A stretch of DNA of 64,000 nucleotides from a virus. Of this stretch, positions 17,379 to 25,162 are shown piece by piece. A program made the position numbers and the translations under genes. Under the pieces are notes generated by a model. That model saw only the letters and a program-made list of their open reading frames with translations, ran no database searches and had not been told where the DNA came from. The stretch lies in the IMG/VR virus record IMGVR_UViG_3300006028_000002, positions 24,064-88,063 of that record. The stretch is one strand, 5' to 3'. Each line of letters starts with the position of its first letter. Position 1 is the first letter of the stretch.

Positions 17379-17486
17379 ATGATCCATATCATCATCCCCC
17401 CTGTCCTTGTCCTCATCGTGGCCTACCTACTGCTCGTGCATTTTGCGCCCGGGATTCCCTGGGCCACCTTCCTTTTTAGTCACTAA
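17379..17486 (+). CDS. Small single-TM protein (35 aa)
   Basis: MIHIIIPPVLVLIVAYLLLVHF... Confidence 0.45.
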   Translation: MIHIIIPPVLVLIVAYLLLVHFAPGIPWATFLFSH

Positions 17487-17499
17487 GAAACCAGGAGTT

Positions 17500-17688
17500 A
17501 TGGAAGACGACAAACCCACCACTAAGCGCTACACCGCCGGATTTGTACCAGACGATTATGTGAGACCGGAAATGGGTGTCTGGGAAACCCCCGACTGGGT
17601 ACAGCAGGCCACTTTTCAGCCCGATGGCGTGCGCACCGGCTCAGACGGTCGGCTGCTCACCGAGGGTTGCACCGGATTTGGAGGATGA
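17500..17688 (+). CDS. Hypothetical protein
   Basis: RBS aggag before ATG 17500. Confidence 0.6.
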   Translation: MEDDKPTTKRYTAGFVPDDYVRPEMGVWETPDWVQQATFQPDGVRTGSDGRLLTEGCTGFGG

Positions 17689-17692
17689 GTGA

Positions 17693-17884
17693 ATGAGTAA
17701 ACCCAACAGCAACGATGAGACCGCAGTTGTGCAAGAGCGGTTTGTGATCCATGTCTGCGTCCCCCTGCCCGCGTCGGATCAGGTCATGCACGTACGCGGG
17801 AAGTTGAAAGAATTGATCGGTGACGCCGTAGCGGCTGCGGTATGGAACTCCTACGGCGAAAGGTCAGAGGTGATAGTCCGATGA
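17693..17884 (+). CDS. Hypothetical protein
   Basis: RBS ggagg; ATGA overlap. Confidence 0.6.
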   Translation: MSKPNSNDETAVVQERFVIHVCVPLPASDQVMHVRGKLKELIGDAVAAAVWNSYGERSEVIVR

Positions 17885-18213
17885 GTAATCTGATTGACGT
17901 CGATATCGAGATCGGGGAACAGTCCGTCTATGACGAGCGCCGGGTAGCACTGCGAATCAGCGGCACCGAGTCAATGCCCGCGCAGCCTAGTGGCCGTTTT
18001 CAGCCGCACGGCATCATCATCGTGTACGGCAAGCCGCGCGGTGAGCAGTGGCGCTGCATCCGGGTGGAAGTGTACGGACCCAAATTAAAGACCGGTGGTG
18101 GTTATTCTGCCACGATCGCAAAAACCGTCTGGTGCGGCCATGACGACATGCCGAACTGGGTACACGGTTTCGTGGGCAAATACTGGCCGCTGCAAGATCA
18201 CGGAGGAAGATGA
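17881..18213 (+). CDS. Hypothetical protein
   Basis: MSNLIDVDIEIG; RBS gaggtg. Confidence 0.65.
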   Translation: MSNLIDVDIEIGEQSVYDERRVALRISGTESMPAQPSGRFQPHGIIIVYGKPRGEQWRCIRVEVYGPKLKTGGGYSATIAKTVWCGHDDMPNWVHGFVGKYWPLQDHGGR

Positions 18214-18247
18214 CGCGCCATGCAAACCGTCCAGGATGCGAAGACGT

Positions 18248-18291
18248 CCCCCGGTCAGGTTTCGGACCGACTGCTCTGACCCGACCGGGGG
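18248..18291. terminator. Hairpin between convergent operons
   Basis: CCCCCGGTC...GACCGGGGG. Confidence 0.5.
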
Positions 18292-18318
18292 TCTCCCATC
18301 CACAGAGAGGCACCCATG

Positions 18319-19617
18319 CTACCCGGTGGGGGCCTTCACCCGGGGTCGCAGTACCAGCAGGGCATCATCCCGCGGGCCCCGGGTCATGATGTAGCGGCCA
18401 GGGGGGATGGCCGGGGCCCCTGGTGGGCGAGCCCAGTCCTCAAACCGCTGGAGGGTTTGCGCCAGCACCAGCGTGCCGATCATCAACGCCATGTCTTTGC
18501 CGATGCAGGACCGCTTACCCGAGCCGAACGGCTGCCACGTGGCCCGCTGGCCAGCGCTGAGCGAAGCGCGGAACCGGGTCGGGTCAAACGTCTCCGGATC
18601 CTGCCACGCCCGTGGATTGCGCCCGAGCGCGTGCGGCACCAGGAAAATCTGATCCCCGGGCCGCAGCTCGAATTCACCGAGCTGGGTGGCTGCGGCGACG
18701 TTGCGGAAAAACGCCGGGAATGACGGGTGCAGTCGCAGGGTCTCAGTCAGCACCGCCGCGGTGAACTCCAGCCGGGGCAACTGCTCGACGCGCGGTGGTT
18801 CGGTGCCGCAGACCTCGGCCACCTCCCAGTACAGGTCGTTGCGCAGCCCGGGGTCGGCTGCCAGGTACAGGCACGCCCAGGCCATCGCGGACGAACTCGA
18901 CTCGTACCCGCCGAGCAGCAGGATCACCACCTGGTCGTGGATCTGCTCGGCGCTCAGAGGGGGCTCGGCGGTGTACATCCGCCACAACAGATCCTCGCCC
19001 GGACCCTGCTCCCAGCGCTCGGCCAGCAGTCGCGCCACCTCGGCATGCAGCGCAGCCGTAGCGCGTCGGTATTCCCGGGCCGCCGGCAGCCACAGGGGCA
19101 GAAACACTCGATCGGCCATGGTGCCGAACACCGGTTGCGTCAGCTCAATGAGCCGGTGCAGCCGGGCGCCGGAGCCGAACAGGTGCCGCAGCAACACCTC
19201 CAGATTGAGCGCCCGCAGCTCGGTGGCCAGCGGGATGGGTAGTGCGGTGTTCCAGGTGTCCATCCGGGCGCCCCAGAGCTCTACAGAGGACTCGACGGCG
19301 CCGCGCAGCCCCTCCCGGGTAAACGAGGGATTCATCAACCCCCGGATGCGTCGCCATTCGCCCGGGTCGTTGGTGGTGAAGATCGCGTGTGCGCCCACCG
19401 GCTGGCGAATCGTGGCGTAGATGGGGCCGCCTTTGTCGAACGCCTCCGCGGAATACCCGGTGAGCACTTGGCGGTACAGGCCCGGGTCGGAGACCACCCA
19501 CCAGGACCGCCGGCCCGGAATCGGCAGCCGGGCGATGCCGCCCCCGACGATGGCCGCCGCGGTGAGGTACTCGGTGGGATCCCGGTACCGCAGGCTTTTG
19601 GCCAGCTCGCGCAGCAT
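18319..19617 (-). CDS. Cytochrome P450
   Basis: I-helix LLGGYESSSS, ETLR, FDPTRF, heme motif FGSGKRSCIG. Confidence 0.95.
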   Translation of the reverse strand: MLRELAKSLRYRDPTEYLTAAAIVGGGIARLPIPGRRSWWVVSDPGLYRQVLTGYSAEAFDKGGPIYATIRQPVGAHAIFTTNDPGEWRRIRGLMNPSFTREGLRGAVESSVELWGARMDTWNTALPIPLATELRALNLEVLLRHLFGSGARLHRLIELTQPVFGTMADRVFLPLWLPAAREYRRATAALHAEVARLLAERWEQGPGEDLLWRMYTAEPPLSAEQIHDQVVILLLGGYESSSSAMAWACLYLAADPGLRNDLYWEVAEVCGTEPPRVEQLPRLEFTAAVLTETLRLHPSFPAFFRNVAAATQLGEFELRPGDQIFLVPHALGRNPRAWQDPETFDPTRFRASLSAGQRATWQPFGSGKRSCIGKDMALMIGTLVLAQTLQRFEDWARPPGAPAIPPGRYIMTRGPRDDALLVLRPRVKAPTG

Positions 19618-19641
19618 GAGCGTGAACCCTACCGGAGACGC

Positions 19642-19681
19642 AAAAAGACCCCCATCTCCCGTGCGCAGGGAAATGGGGGCC
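19642..19681 (-). terminator. Intrinsic terminator just upstream of P450
   Basis: Minus strand GGCCCCCATTTCCC...GGGAGATGGGGGTC-TTTTT. Confidence 0.75.
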
Positions 19682-19781
19682 TCGGTGGGGGTGTCTTCAG
19701 TTGTGGGAGGAGAACATTCTCGGAACCGTCGTGCTCAGCGATGGTGGCCGGCCCTGGAAGCCTGACCGGCCGAGGCAAAGC

Positions 19782-20021
19782 CTACACCAGCGCCAGCACC
19801 AGCCGGATAGCGATCGCGGTCAGTGCCGCTGCGGTCAGGCAGGCCAGGCACATCCGGGGGGCCGGCGTGCGCACGCGGTGCCGGGCGGTCTCCGGTGAGC
19901 GGGTCAGCGCCAGCGTGTAGGCCGAGCGCAACCCGGGGTCGGAGAGCATTGCCCAGGTGATGACGGTTGCGGCGGATGGGCCGGTGCCAGCACGGCGTTT
20001 GCGCGGGGTCCGGGCGCTCAC
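19782..20021 (-). CDS. Small membrane protein
   Basis: C-terminal TM; possible -10 TAACCT shortly before GTG. Confidence 0.45.
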   Translation of the reverse strand: MSARTPRKRRAGTGPSAATVITWAMLSDPGLRSAYTLALTRSPETARHRVRTPAPRMCLACLTAAALTAIAIRLVLALV

Positions 20022-20117
20022 GTTCAGCAGAGGTTAGTGGCCAGGTAAGTTTTCGGTAATAAGCGCAGCGTAGTGCACCCGTTAGCTGCGTGATGCACGT
20101 GCCGATGTGCTGTGCGG

Positions 20118-20624
20118 TTACTTGCGGTGCCGGCCCCCGGTGCTGGCGGGTGTCCGGGTGCGGATGCCCACGGTTGCGGTAACTCTGCCGGGTCGCTGCC
20201 CGTTCGGCCTAGTCACGGAGAGCACCAGCGCGCCCAGCAGCGCCACCAGCCCGGCGGTGCGGGCCGGGTCCAGGTATTCGCGCATCGAGGTGTGCGAGCC
20301 CACCACCACCGCGCCGAGCACCACCACTGCGGCGACCAGCCAGATTTTGGCGACCAGCCAGCGGGGGCAGCCGCGCGCCTGGTACGGCCGGGCCAACACC
20401 GCGCCCGAGCCCACGGTGGCCGCCGCGCAGGGGATCAGCACCGCCCACTGCACGGTGTGCATCAGGTTGTTGAGCGCGCCCAGCGCGGGGGCATCCACCG
20501 GCCAGGTAGCCAGTCCCAGATCGAGCGCGAGCGCGGCGGCCAACACGCCCATCCAGCCCACCATGCCGATCAGATGCACGGTGAGCCAGATGGCGCGCCG
20601 CCCCCTCCCCAGCGGACGTGTCAT
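20118..20624 (-). CDS. 4-TM membrane protein (DUF2269-like)
   Basis: WLTVHLIGMVGWMG...RWLVAKIWL...LSVTRP. Confidence 0.7.
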   Translation of the reverse strand: MTRPLGRGRRAIWLTVHLIGMVGWMGVLAAALALDLGLATWPVDAPALGALNNLMHTVQWAVLIPCAAATVGSGAVLARPYQARGCPRWLVAKIWLVAAVVVLGAVVVGSHTSMREYLDPARTAGLVALLGALVLSVTRPNGQRPGRVTATVGIRTRTPASTGGRHRK

Positions 20625-20672
20625 GTCGAGCTAACGAAAAAACTGTCCTGGGGTTACGAGCAAGCGAGGCCA

Positions 20673-20996
20673 TCAGCGCAATCCAGCCAGCACGATAAGC
20701 GGTAACGCTGCCCATTCTTGTGCAATCGTATACTCTCTTTGCTCGGGAGAGTATTCATGCGGAGGCGAGCAACTTGACCGAACCAAACTACCGTCATTGA
20801 TGTGCTTGCCAACTACGCAGATAGTTGGATACATACTGATCTTGACACCAACCCGGCCAAAAGCCATGACATACAACGGATCTACATAATCAAGCTGTTT
20901 CCACACCGAGAGCGTTACTTGCCGAGATCCAACCATGAGCACGCGTACTTCCGCAGTGAGCACCTCAACGGTGGCCGTGTTCGTCTGTGTAGGCAT
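20673..20996 (-). CDS. Hypothetical phage protein
   Basis: TATVEVLTAEVRVLMVGSRQVTLSV; TAGCCT 6 nt before ATG (leaderless). Confidence 0.65.
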   Translation of the reverse strand: MPTQTNTATVEVLTAEVRVLMVGSRQVTLSVWKQLDYVDPLYVMAFGRVGVKISMYPTICVVGKHINDGSLVRSSCSPPHEYSPEQREYTIAQEWAALPLIVLAGLR

Positions 20997-21005
20997 GCTG
21001 TGAGG

Positions 21006-21668
21006 CTAGTGCGTCACCGGCACATTCGGCCCGAACACGATTTGACTACCTGCGCTCGGCGGCTGGCCTGGCACCACGGGCCCGGGATTGATCGGAATCA
21101 GCGGGATGATGTTGGGATTGGTGCTGCATTGGAACAGCACGTAGGCCAGCGGCGGGATGTCGAGCTGCTGATTGTCGATCTGGAGCAGGTGGGCATCGGC
21201 CACGTAGAGATCCACACAGGTGTGCAGCCACACGGTGCGCTCGGAAGGCAACGGCAGCGGGGTGCCCGGCGGGGGCAGAATTTCCAGCGGCACGATCGGC
21301 GGCTGCTCGCGCTGCGCCGGAGCGGTGGTGGGTGGCGGGTTGTACACCGGGCCCGGTGCGGGTGCTGCGGGTGCGGGTGCTGCGGGTGCGGGTGCTGCGG
21401 GTCCAGGTGCCGGGGTCACGGGTGCCGGCCGGTTGCGCCCCAGCAGCCGATCCAGCAGGCTGCGATGCGGTGCGGGGGCAACCGGATCAGCCGGCGCGGG
21501 AGCTACCGCAGCGGCCGGGTCAGGGGTGCACAGGATGCTGCTGGGCAGCAGCTCGAACCCGGGTGCACACGGGTTGACCGGGGCCGCGTCGGCCATCCCG
21601 GGCATGGCCAGCAGCAATCCGGTAGCGGTGGCGATCGCGGCCAGTGGGGGCAATAGTCGTTTCCACAT
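21006..21668 (-). CDS. Secreted Pro/Ala-rich protein
   Basis: RBS aggag; signal peptide ending ADA; PAAPA tandem repeats; Cys pairs. Confidence 0.7.
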   Translation of the reverse strand: MWKRLLPPLAAIATATGLLLAMPGMADAAPVNPCAPGFELLPSSILCTPDPAAAVAPAPADPVAPAPHRSLLDRLLGRNRPAPVTPAPGPAAPAPAAPAPAAPAPGPVYNPPPTTAPAQREQPPIVPLEILPPPGTPLPLPSERTVWLHTCVDLYVADAHLLQIDNQQLDIPPLAYVLFQCSTNPNIIPLIPINPGPVVPGQPPSAGSQIVFGPNVPVTH

Positions 21669-21820
21669 GCGCACTCCTGGTTGCTCGATCAGGGACTCCC
21701 TGCCCGGGATCAACGATCGAGCACCCGTCAGGATGCGCGCCAGTCTTACGGGTTGCTACAGTGTGCGGCGCCTGCGATTTCCTTGTCCCCCCTTGGCGCA
21801 GGTGATGGGTTCCCCTCAAA

Positions 21821-21871
21821 GAGTTGACCCGGCCGAGCGCACAAGACTCCACACCACGGCCGGGTCAACTC
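21821..21871. terminator. 15-bp inverted repeat after the lysis cassette
   Basis: GAGTTGACCCGGCCG-N21-CGGCCGGGTCAACTC. Confidence 0.55.
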
Positions 21872-21902
21872 CTGTTTCTCTACCTACCCCGGATTACATC
21901 TT

Positions 21903-22187
21903 TTAGAGCAGCCCGCCGACCAGCTTGCTGATCAGGTCGCTGGCCACCACTTGCGGAGCATTCCGCACTGGCGATACCAGTGGTGTGGCGTGGGTCGCCA
22001 CTGCCTTGGCAGCGAATAGAGCAAACACCCCACCCAGTACCGGGCTGAGAATCTTGGAGATAGTCGGAGGTACCAGGCCGGAGGTCAGCACTGCCGTGGA
22101 CAGCGCCGAGGCGATACCCACCACCGGGCCGATGATGTTTGCCACGTCATGGACAACCTGGGGAACGGGCGCAATGGGACTAGCCAT
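21903..22187 (-). CDS. Putative holin
   Basis: 2 TM segments, TP motif; directly after endolysin. Confidence 0.6.
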   Translation of the reverse strand: MASPIAPVPQVVHDVANIIGPVVGIASALSTAVLTSGLVPPTISKILSPVLGGVFALFAAKAVATHATPLVSPVRNAPQVVASDLISKLVGGLL

Positions 22188-22239
22188 GGAGAAAACCACC
22201 TTATGTGGATAATTGAGAATTGCGATATACGGGAAACGC

Positions 22240-23193
22240 TTAAACGGTGGGCCGGGTCTCTAGACACAGGGTCGCGCCATCGGGGCACGCCGTGACATCC
22301 CAGGTCACCACCAGGTGAATCGTGCCATCGCGCAACTCCTCGAAATTGTGCGGCACCAGATTGTTAGTGTTGGGGGTCAGTGCGGTTTGATCCCACGTCC
22401 AATCGTTGATGCCTCCGGCGGCACCCTGGGCGAACACCCGGATATAGCCGGGACCGGTCATTGAACTCGTGGCGGCTGAGAACCATGCCATGCGCTTATC
22501 TGCCGAGGCGGCTCCGGTGGGGCATTCGATGACACGGCGCCCCTTACCGGTGATGAACCATTGCTGCATATTGTCATCCTCCTGATGGCGGGCGCGGGTG
22601 TAGGGATGCTGGCCGAAATCCGGCCGTATCATTGCTTCGTTGACGTCGCAGTCAACCCCGTCCACGGTCACGGTCTTGATGTGCTGATAAATGTGCGCCT
22701 GCGGATGGATCTGGCCACCCGACCAGGCTCCAGCCTGCCACGCCCAGGTCGCGGTGCCATTGGCGAGCGCGCGTTTTACCGGGTAGAAGCCGCCATAGAT
22801 GCCGACCCGCTCCACGCCAATCACACTGGCCGCGCCGCGCAGATAATCATCGATGACACCCTGCTGAGCTTCGCTGGCATCCCAGTCCGCGGAGAAATAC
22901 ACGGGTCGCTCGGCCGCCGGATACCCTATCTGATCCAATTGATTCTGCGCCGAATGCGCGTCCATCACACCCGCGTTGTACCCGCCGAGCATTCTATCGG
23001 CGGTAGTTTCCCAGTTGACGATAACGGCGATTCCCGCCGCGGTGAGTGCCTGGTACTCATTTTTTGTGAGCAGCTTGCCGGGTAGTCCCGGGCCGCCGGG
23101 GGTCAGGTACCGGCAAACAAAACCGAAGCCTGCGTCTTTGATGGCGGCAGCACTCGGCACACCGCCCGCGAAATCGATGCCGTAAAGAGCCAT
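22240..23193 (-). CDS. Endolysin, DUF1906 (Rv2525c-like) glycoside hydrolase
   Basis: MALYGIDFA, FVCRYL, PVYFSADWD, GIYGG, WAWQAGAWS, VDCDVN; TAATG overlap. Confidence 0.88.
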   Translation of the reverse strand: MALYGIDFAGGVPSAAAIKDAGFGFVCRYLTPGGPGLPGKLLTKNEYQALTAAGIAVIVNWETTADRMLGGYNAGVMDAHSAQNQLDQIGYPAAERPVYFSADWDASEAQQGVIDDYLRGAASVIGVERVGIYGGFYPVKRALANGTATWAWQAGAWSGGQIHPQAHIYQHIKTVTVDGVDCDVNEAMIRPDFGQHPYTRARHQEDDNMQQWFITGKGRRVIECPTGAASADKRMAWFSAATSSMTGPGYIRVFAQGAAGGINDWTWDQTALTPNTNNLVPHNFEELRDGTIHLVVTWDVTACPDGATLCLETRPTV

Positions 23194-23546
23194 TAGTCCC
23201 CCGGCCGGATGATGATTTTGTCCCGGCCTGCGGGGTTGTCCCCGTTGATGCCGGCGGTGAGCAGTTTGGAGCGCTGGGCTCTGAGCTCTGCCATGTTTTT
23301 GGTCACGGCATCCTCGTATACCGCGGGTGGGAGGTGGATGGGCATCATGAAACTCTGTTGCAATACCTGACCGAGCACGTGCAGCGCCGCGGTGTGCAGA
23401 TAGCACAGCAGCACCGGAGCCGGGCCTTGCGGGGTCGGCATGATCGCCAGCGTCACCTCGAACGCCCAGTCCTCACCCAGGGCCAGCTTCTCCACGGTCT
23501 CCCGGATGATGGGGCGCACCGATTCGAGAACTTCGGTTACAGCCAC
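23193..23546 (-). CDS. Hypothetical protein
   Basis: RBS aggagg before GTG 23546. Confidence 0.65.
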   Translation of the reverse strand: MAVTEVLESVRPIIRETVEKLALGEDWAFEVTLAIMPTPQGPAPVLLCYLHTAALHVLGQVLQQSFMMPIHLPPAVYEDAVTKNMAELRAQRSKLLTAGINGDNPAGRDKIIIRPGD

Positions 23547-23565
23547 AGTGACGCGTCCTCCTGCC

Positions 23566-23934
23566 CTATGCGGTGGGTGCCGGGGGTGCTGGTGCGGGCA
23601 CCGGGTTGGCCGGATCGGCACCCAGGCCGCGCAGCGTCGTTTCGGTCGCCTGGAGCTTTGAAATATCGGGGGCCAGGGTGTCCATCGCGGCGGTCACCGC
23701 AGCCTGGTTACCGGAGCTGATGGCGGCCTGAAGTGCCTCCAGCTTGGTGCGGATCGAGGCGGCGTCATCGGCGAGCGCGTTGGTCACGGCATCGAGTGCG
23801 GCAAGCGTGTTTTCGGCGGTGGCCATTCTTAACTCCAATTGTTTCAATCGGGATTCATGATCGGTGAGTTCAGTGATGATCGTGGGCAGCGCATTGACGT
23901 TGTTCAGAACCACCACCCAATCGGACAGGTTCAT
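23566..23934 (-). CDS. Coiled-coil protein in lysis region
   Basis: MNLSDW start with ATGA overlap; heptad-rich; ADPANPVP tail. Confidence 0.65.
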   Translation of the reverse strand: MNLSDWVVVLNNVNALPTIITELTDHESRLKQLELRMATAENTLAALDAVTNALADDAASIRTKLEALQAAISSGNQAAVTAAMDTLAPDISKLQATETTLRGLGADPANPVPAPAPPAPTA

Positions 23935-24167
23935 TGGATGCTCGACGCAGGGGGTTGCCACGGAGTACTCGGCGCGGGAGGTGGGGCAGGGGGCGCAGCA
24001 GCCGGATGCGAATTGGGAATCTGGTGCACCAGAATACTGCCGATCACCGCGGTAACAATCGCTGAAATGCCGGCGGGTGTGGTGAATCCTTTCGCGGCGA
24101 CCACGGCCTGCGCGGCGGTAGCGGCCAAAGAAACGGCAGCCCAGATAAATTTGTTGTATTTGCTCAA
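23931..24167 (-). CDS. Putative second holin
   Basis: KYNKFIWAAV..., 2 TM segments, V..IPN motif. Confidence 0.65.
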   Translation of the reverse strand: MSKYNKFIWAAVSLAATAAQAVVAAKGFTTPAGISAIVTAVIGSILVHQIPNSHPAAAPPAPPPAPSTPWQPPASSIQ

Positions 24168-24179
24168 CGGGCCACACTC

Positions 24180-24815
24180 CTATTTATGGTAATTGATGTA
24201 CAGCGCGACAATCGCGATAAGAATGGTGATGACAGCCCCCGCGAACGCCCAGCTGGCGTGCATGCCGCTACGGTTTCCGCTGGACAATGTTTGCGCTTTG
24301 GCGATCTCATCGACTTTGGTCATCACGATGTTGTACTGCGCCATCACCGCATCCCGGTCGATGAACCTATCCATCCGTTTGATCAGTTCCTGGATTCGCT
24401 CGGCGTTGCGGTCGATGGCGCCCATCGCCTCATCCCGGGAGATGTGAAACGACACCCGGTCGGTGAGAACCCGCACCTGCTCGGCGTAGCGCAGTCCCGT
24501 GCTGTTGATCTCATCACGGGTCATAAACGTCGCGGTCTGATCGGAGAGCTGCTGGCGGAACTCGTTGACCGACTCGAACCGCAGTTCCATGGCCCGCTCG
24601 GCTTTGTTGCTGGCCAGGGTGACCGCGGTGAGGGCAGCATCGATGGCCTTGCCTTGCGCGCTGATCGCGGCCTCCAGTGCGCGTTGCTGGGAGTCGAACC
24701 GCTGCGCCATCTGGGCCTGCAAGTCGATGTGCCGGTCTTTGTAATACTCCATCAGCGTGGTGGTGGTCCACCCGGTGCTGATTTGCGGGGGCAGATCCCT
24801 GGGTTCCAGCGGCAC
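24180..24815 (-). CDS. Coiled-coil protein with C-terminal TM
   Basis: KAERAMELRFESVNEFRQQLSDQ; C-terminal hydrophobic helix. Confidence 0.75.
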   Translation of the reverse strand: MPLEPRDLPPQISTGWTTTTLMEYYKDRHIDLQAQMAQRFDSQQRALEAAISAQGKAIDAALTAVTLASNKAERAMELRFESVNEFRQQLSDQTATFMTRDEINSTGLRYAEQVRVLTDRVSFHISRDEAMGAIDRNAERIQELIKRMDRFIDRDAVMAQYNIVMTKVDEIAKAQTLSSGNRSGMHASWAFAGAVITILIAIVALYINYHK

Positions 24816-24819
24816 GTGA

Positions 24820-24984
24820 CTACTCCTGCCGTGTCATCCGGGGGACCGTGCACGTGGCGCGGGGCGGCTGGGCCTCCTGCAAGGCGCGCAGAATCGCGAG
24901 TGCCCCGAGTGCGTATCCGGCATTCAGCTGGTAAATGGCGTCATCGACCAATCGTTGCTCCGAGAGATTCATACATCGGGTCAT
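24820..24984 (-). CDS. Hypothetical protein
   Basis: RBS aggag; fits operon. Confidence 0.4.
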   Translation of the reverse strand: MTRCMNLSEQRLVDDAIYQLNAGYALGALAILRALQEAQPPRATCTVPRMTRQE

Positions 24985-25162
24985 ATCTCCTATTCGGGAG
25001 GTGCAGTGGGTAGTGGCGTGGTGCGGTCGGCCTGTTGCTCGGCGGCCAGCGTGCGCAGCAGACGCAAACCGAAATCGGCGCACCCGTGGCTGATAAACCA
25101 CACCGCATCCGCCGCTACCCGACGTTCGTAAGAATCCATGGCGCACCGATTCCTTTGGGTGG

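Noticed and set aside
11592-19617. A contiguous biosynthetic gene cluster or host DNA
   Set aside because: No scaffold-forming enzyme; the enzymes are separated by typical phage early genes and an HNH
19698-19718. MFSSHN as a biarylitide-type P450 precursor
   Set aside because: Lacks the MxYxH pattern and an RBS; separated from the P450 by a terminator
22240-23406. 388-aa endolysin start given by the track
   Set aside because: Overlaps the upstream gene; the domain begins at MALYGIDFA (23193) with a TAATG overlap
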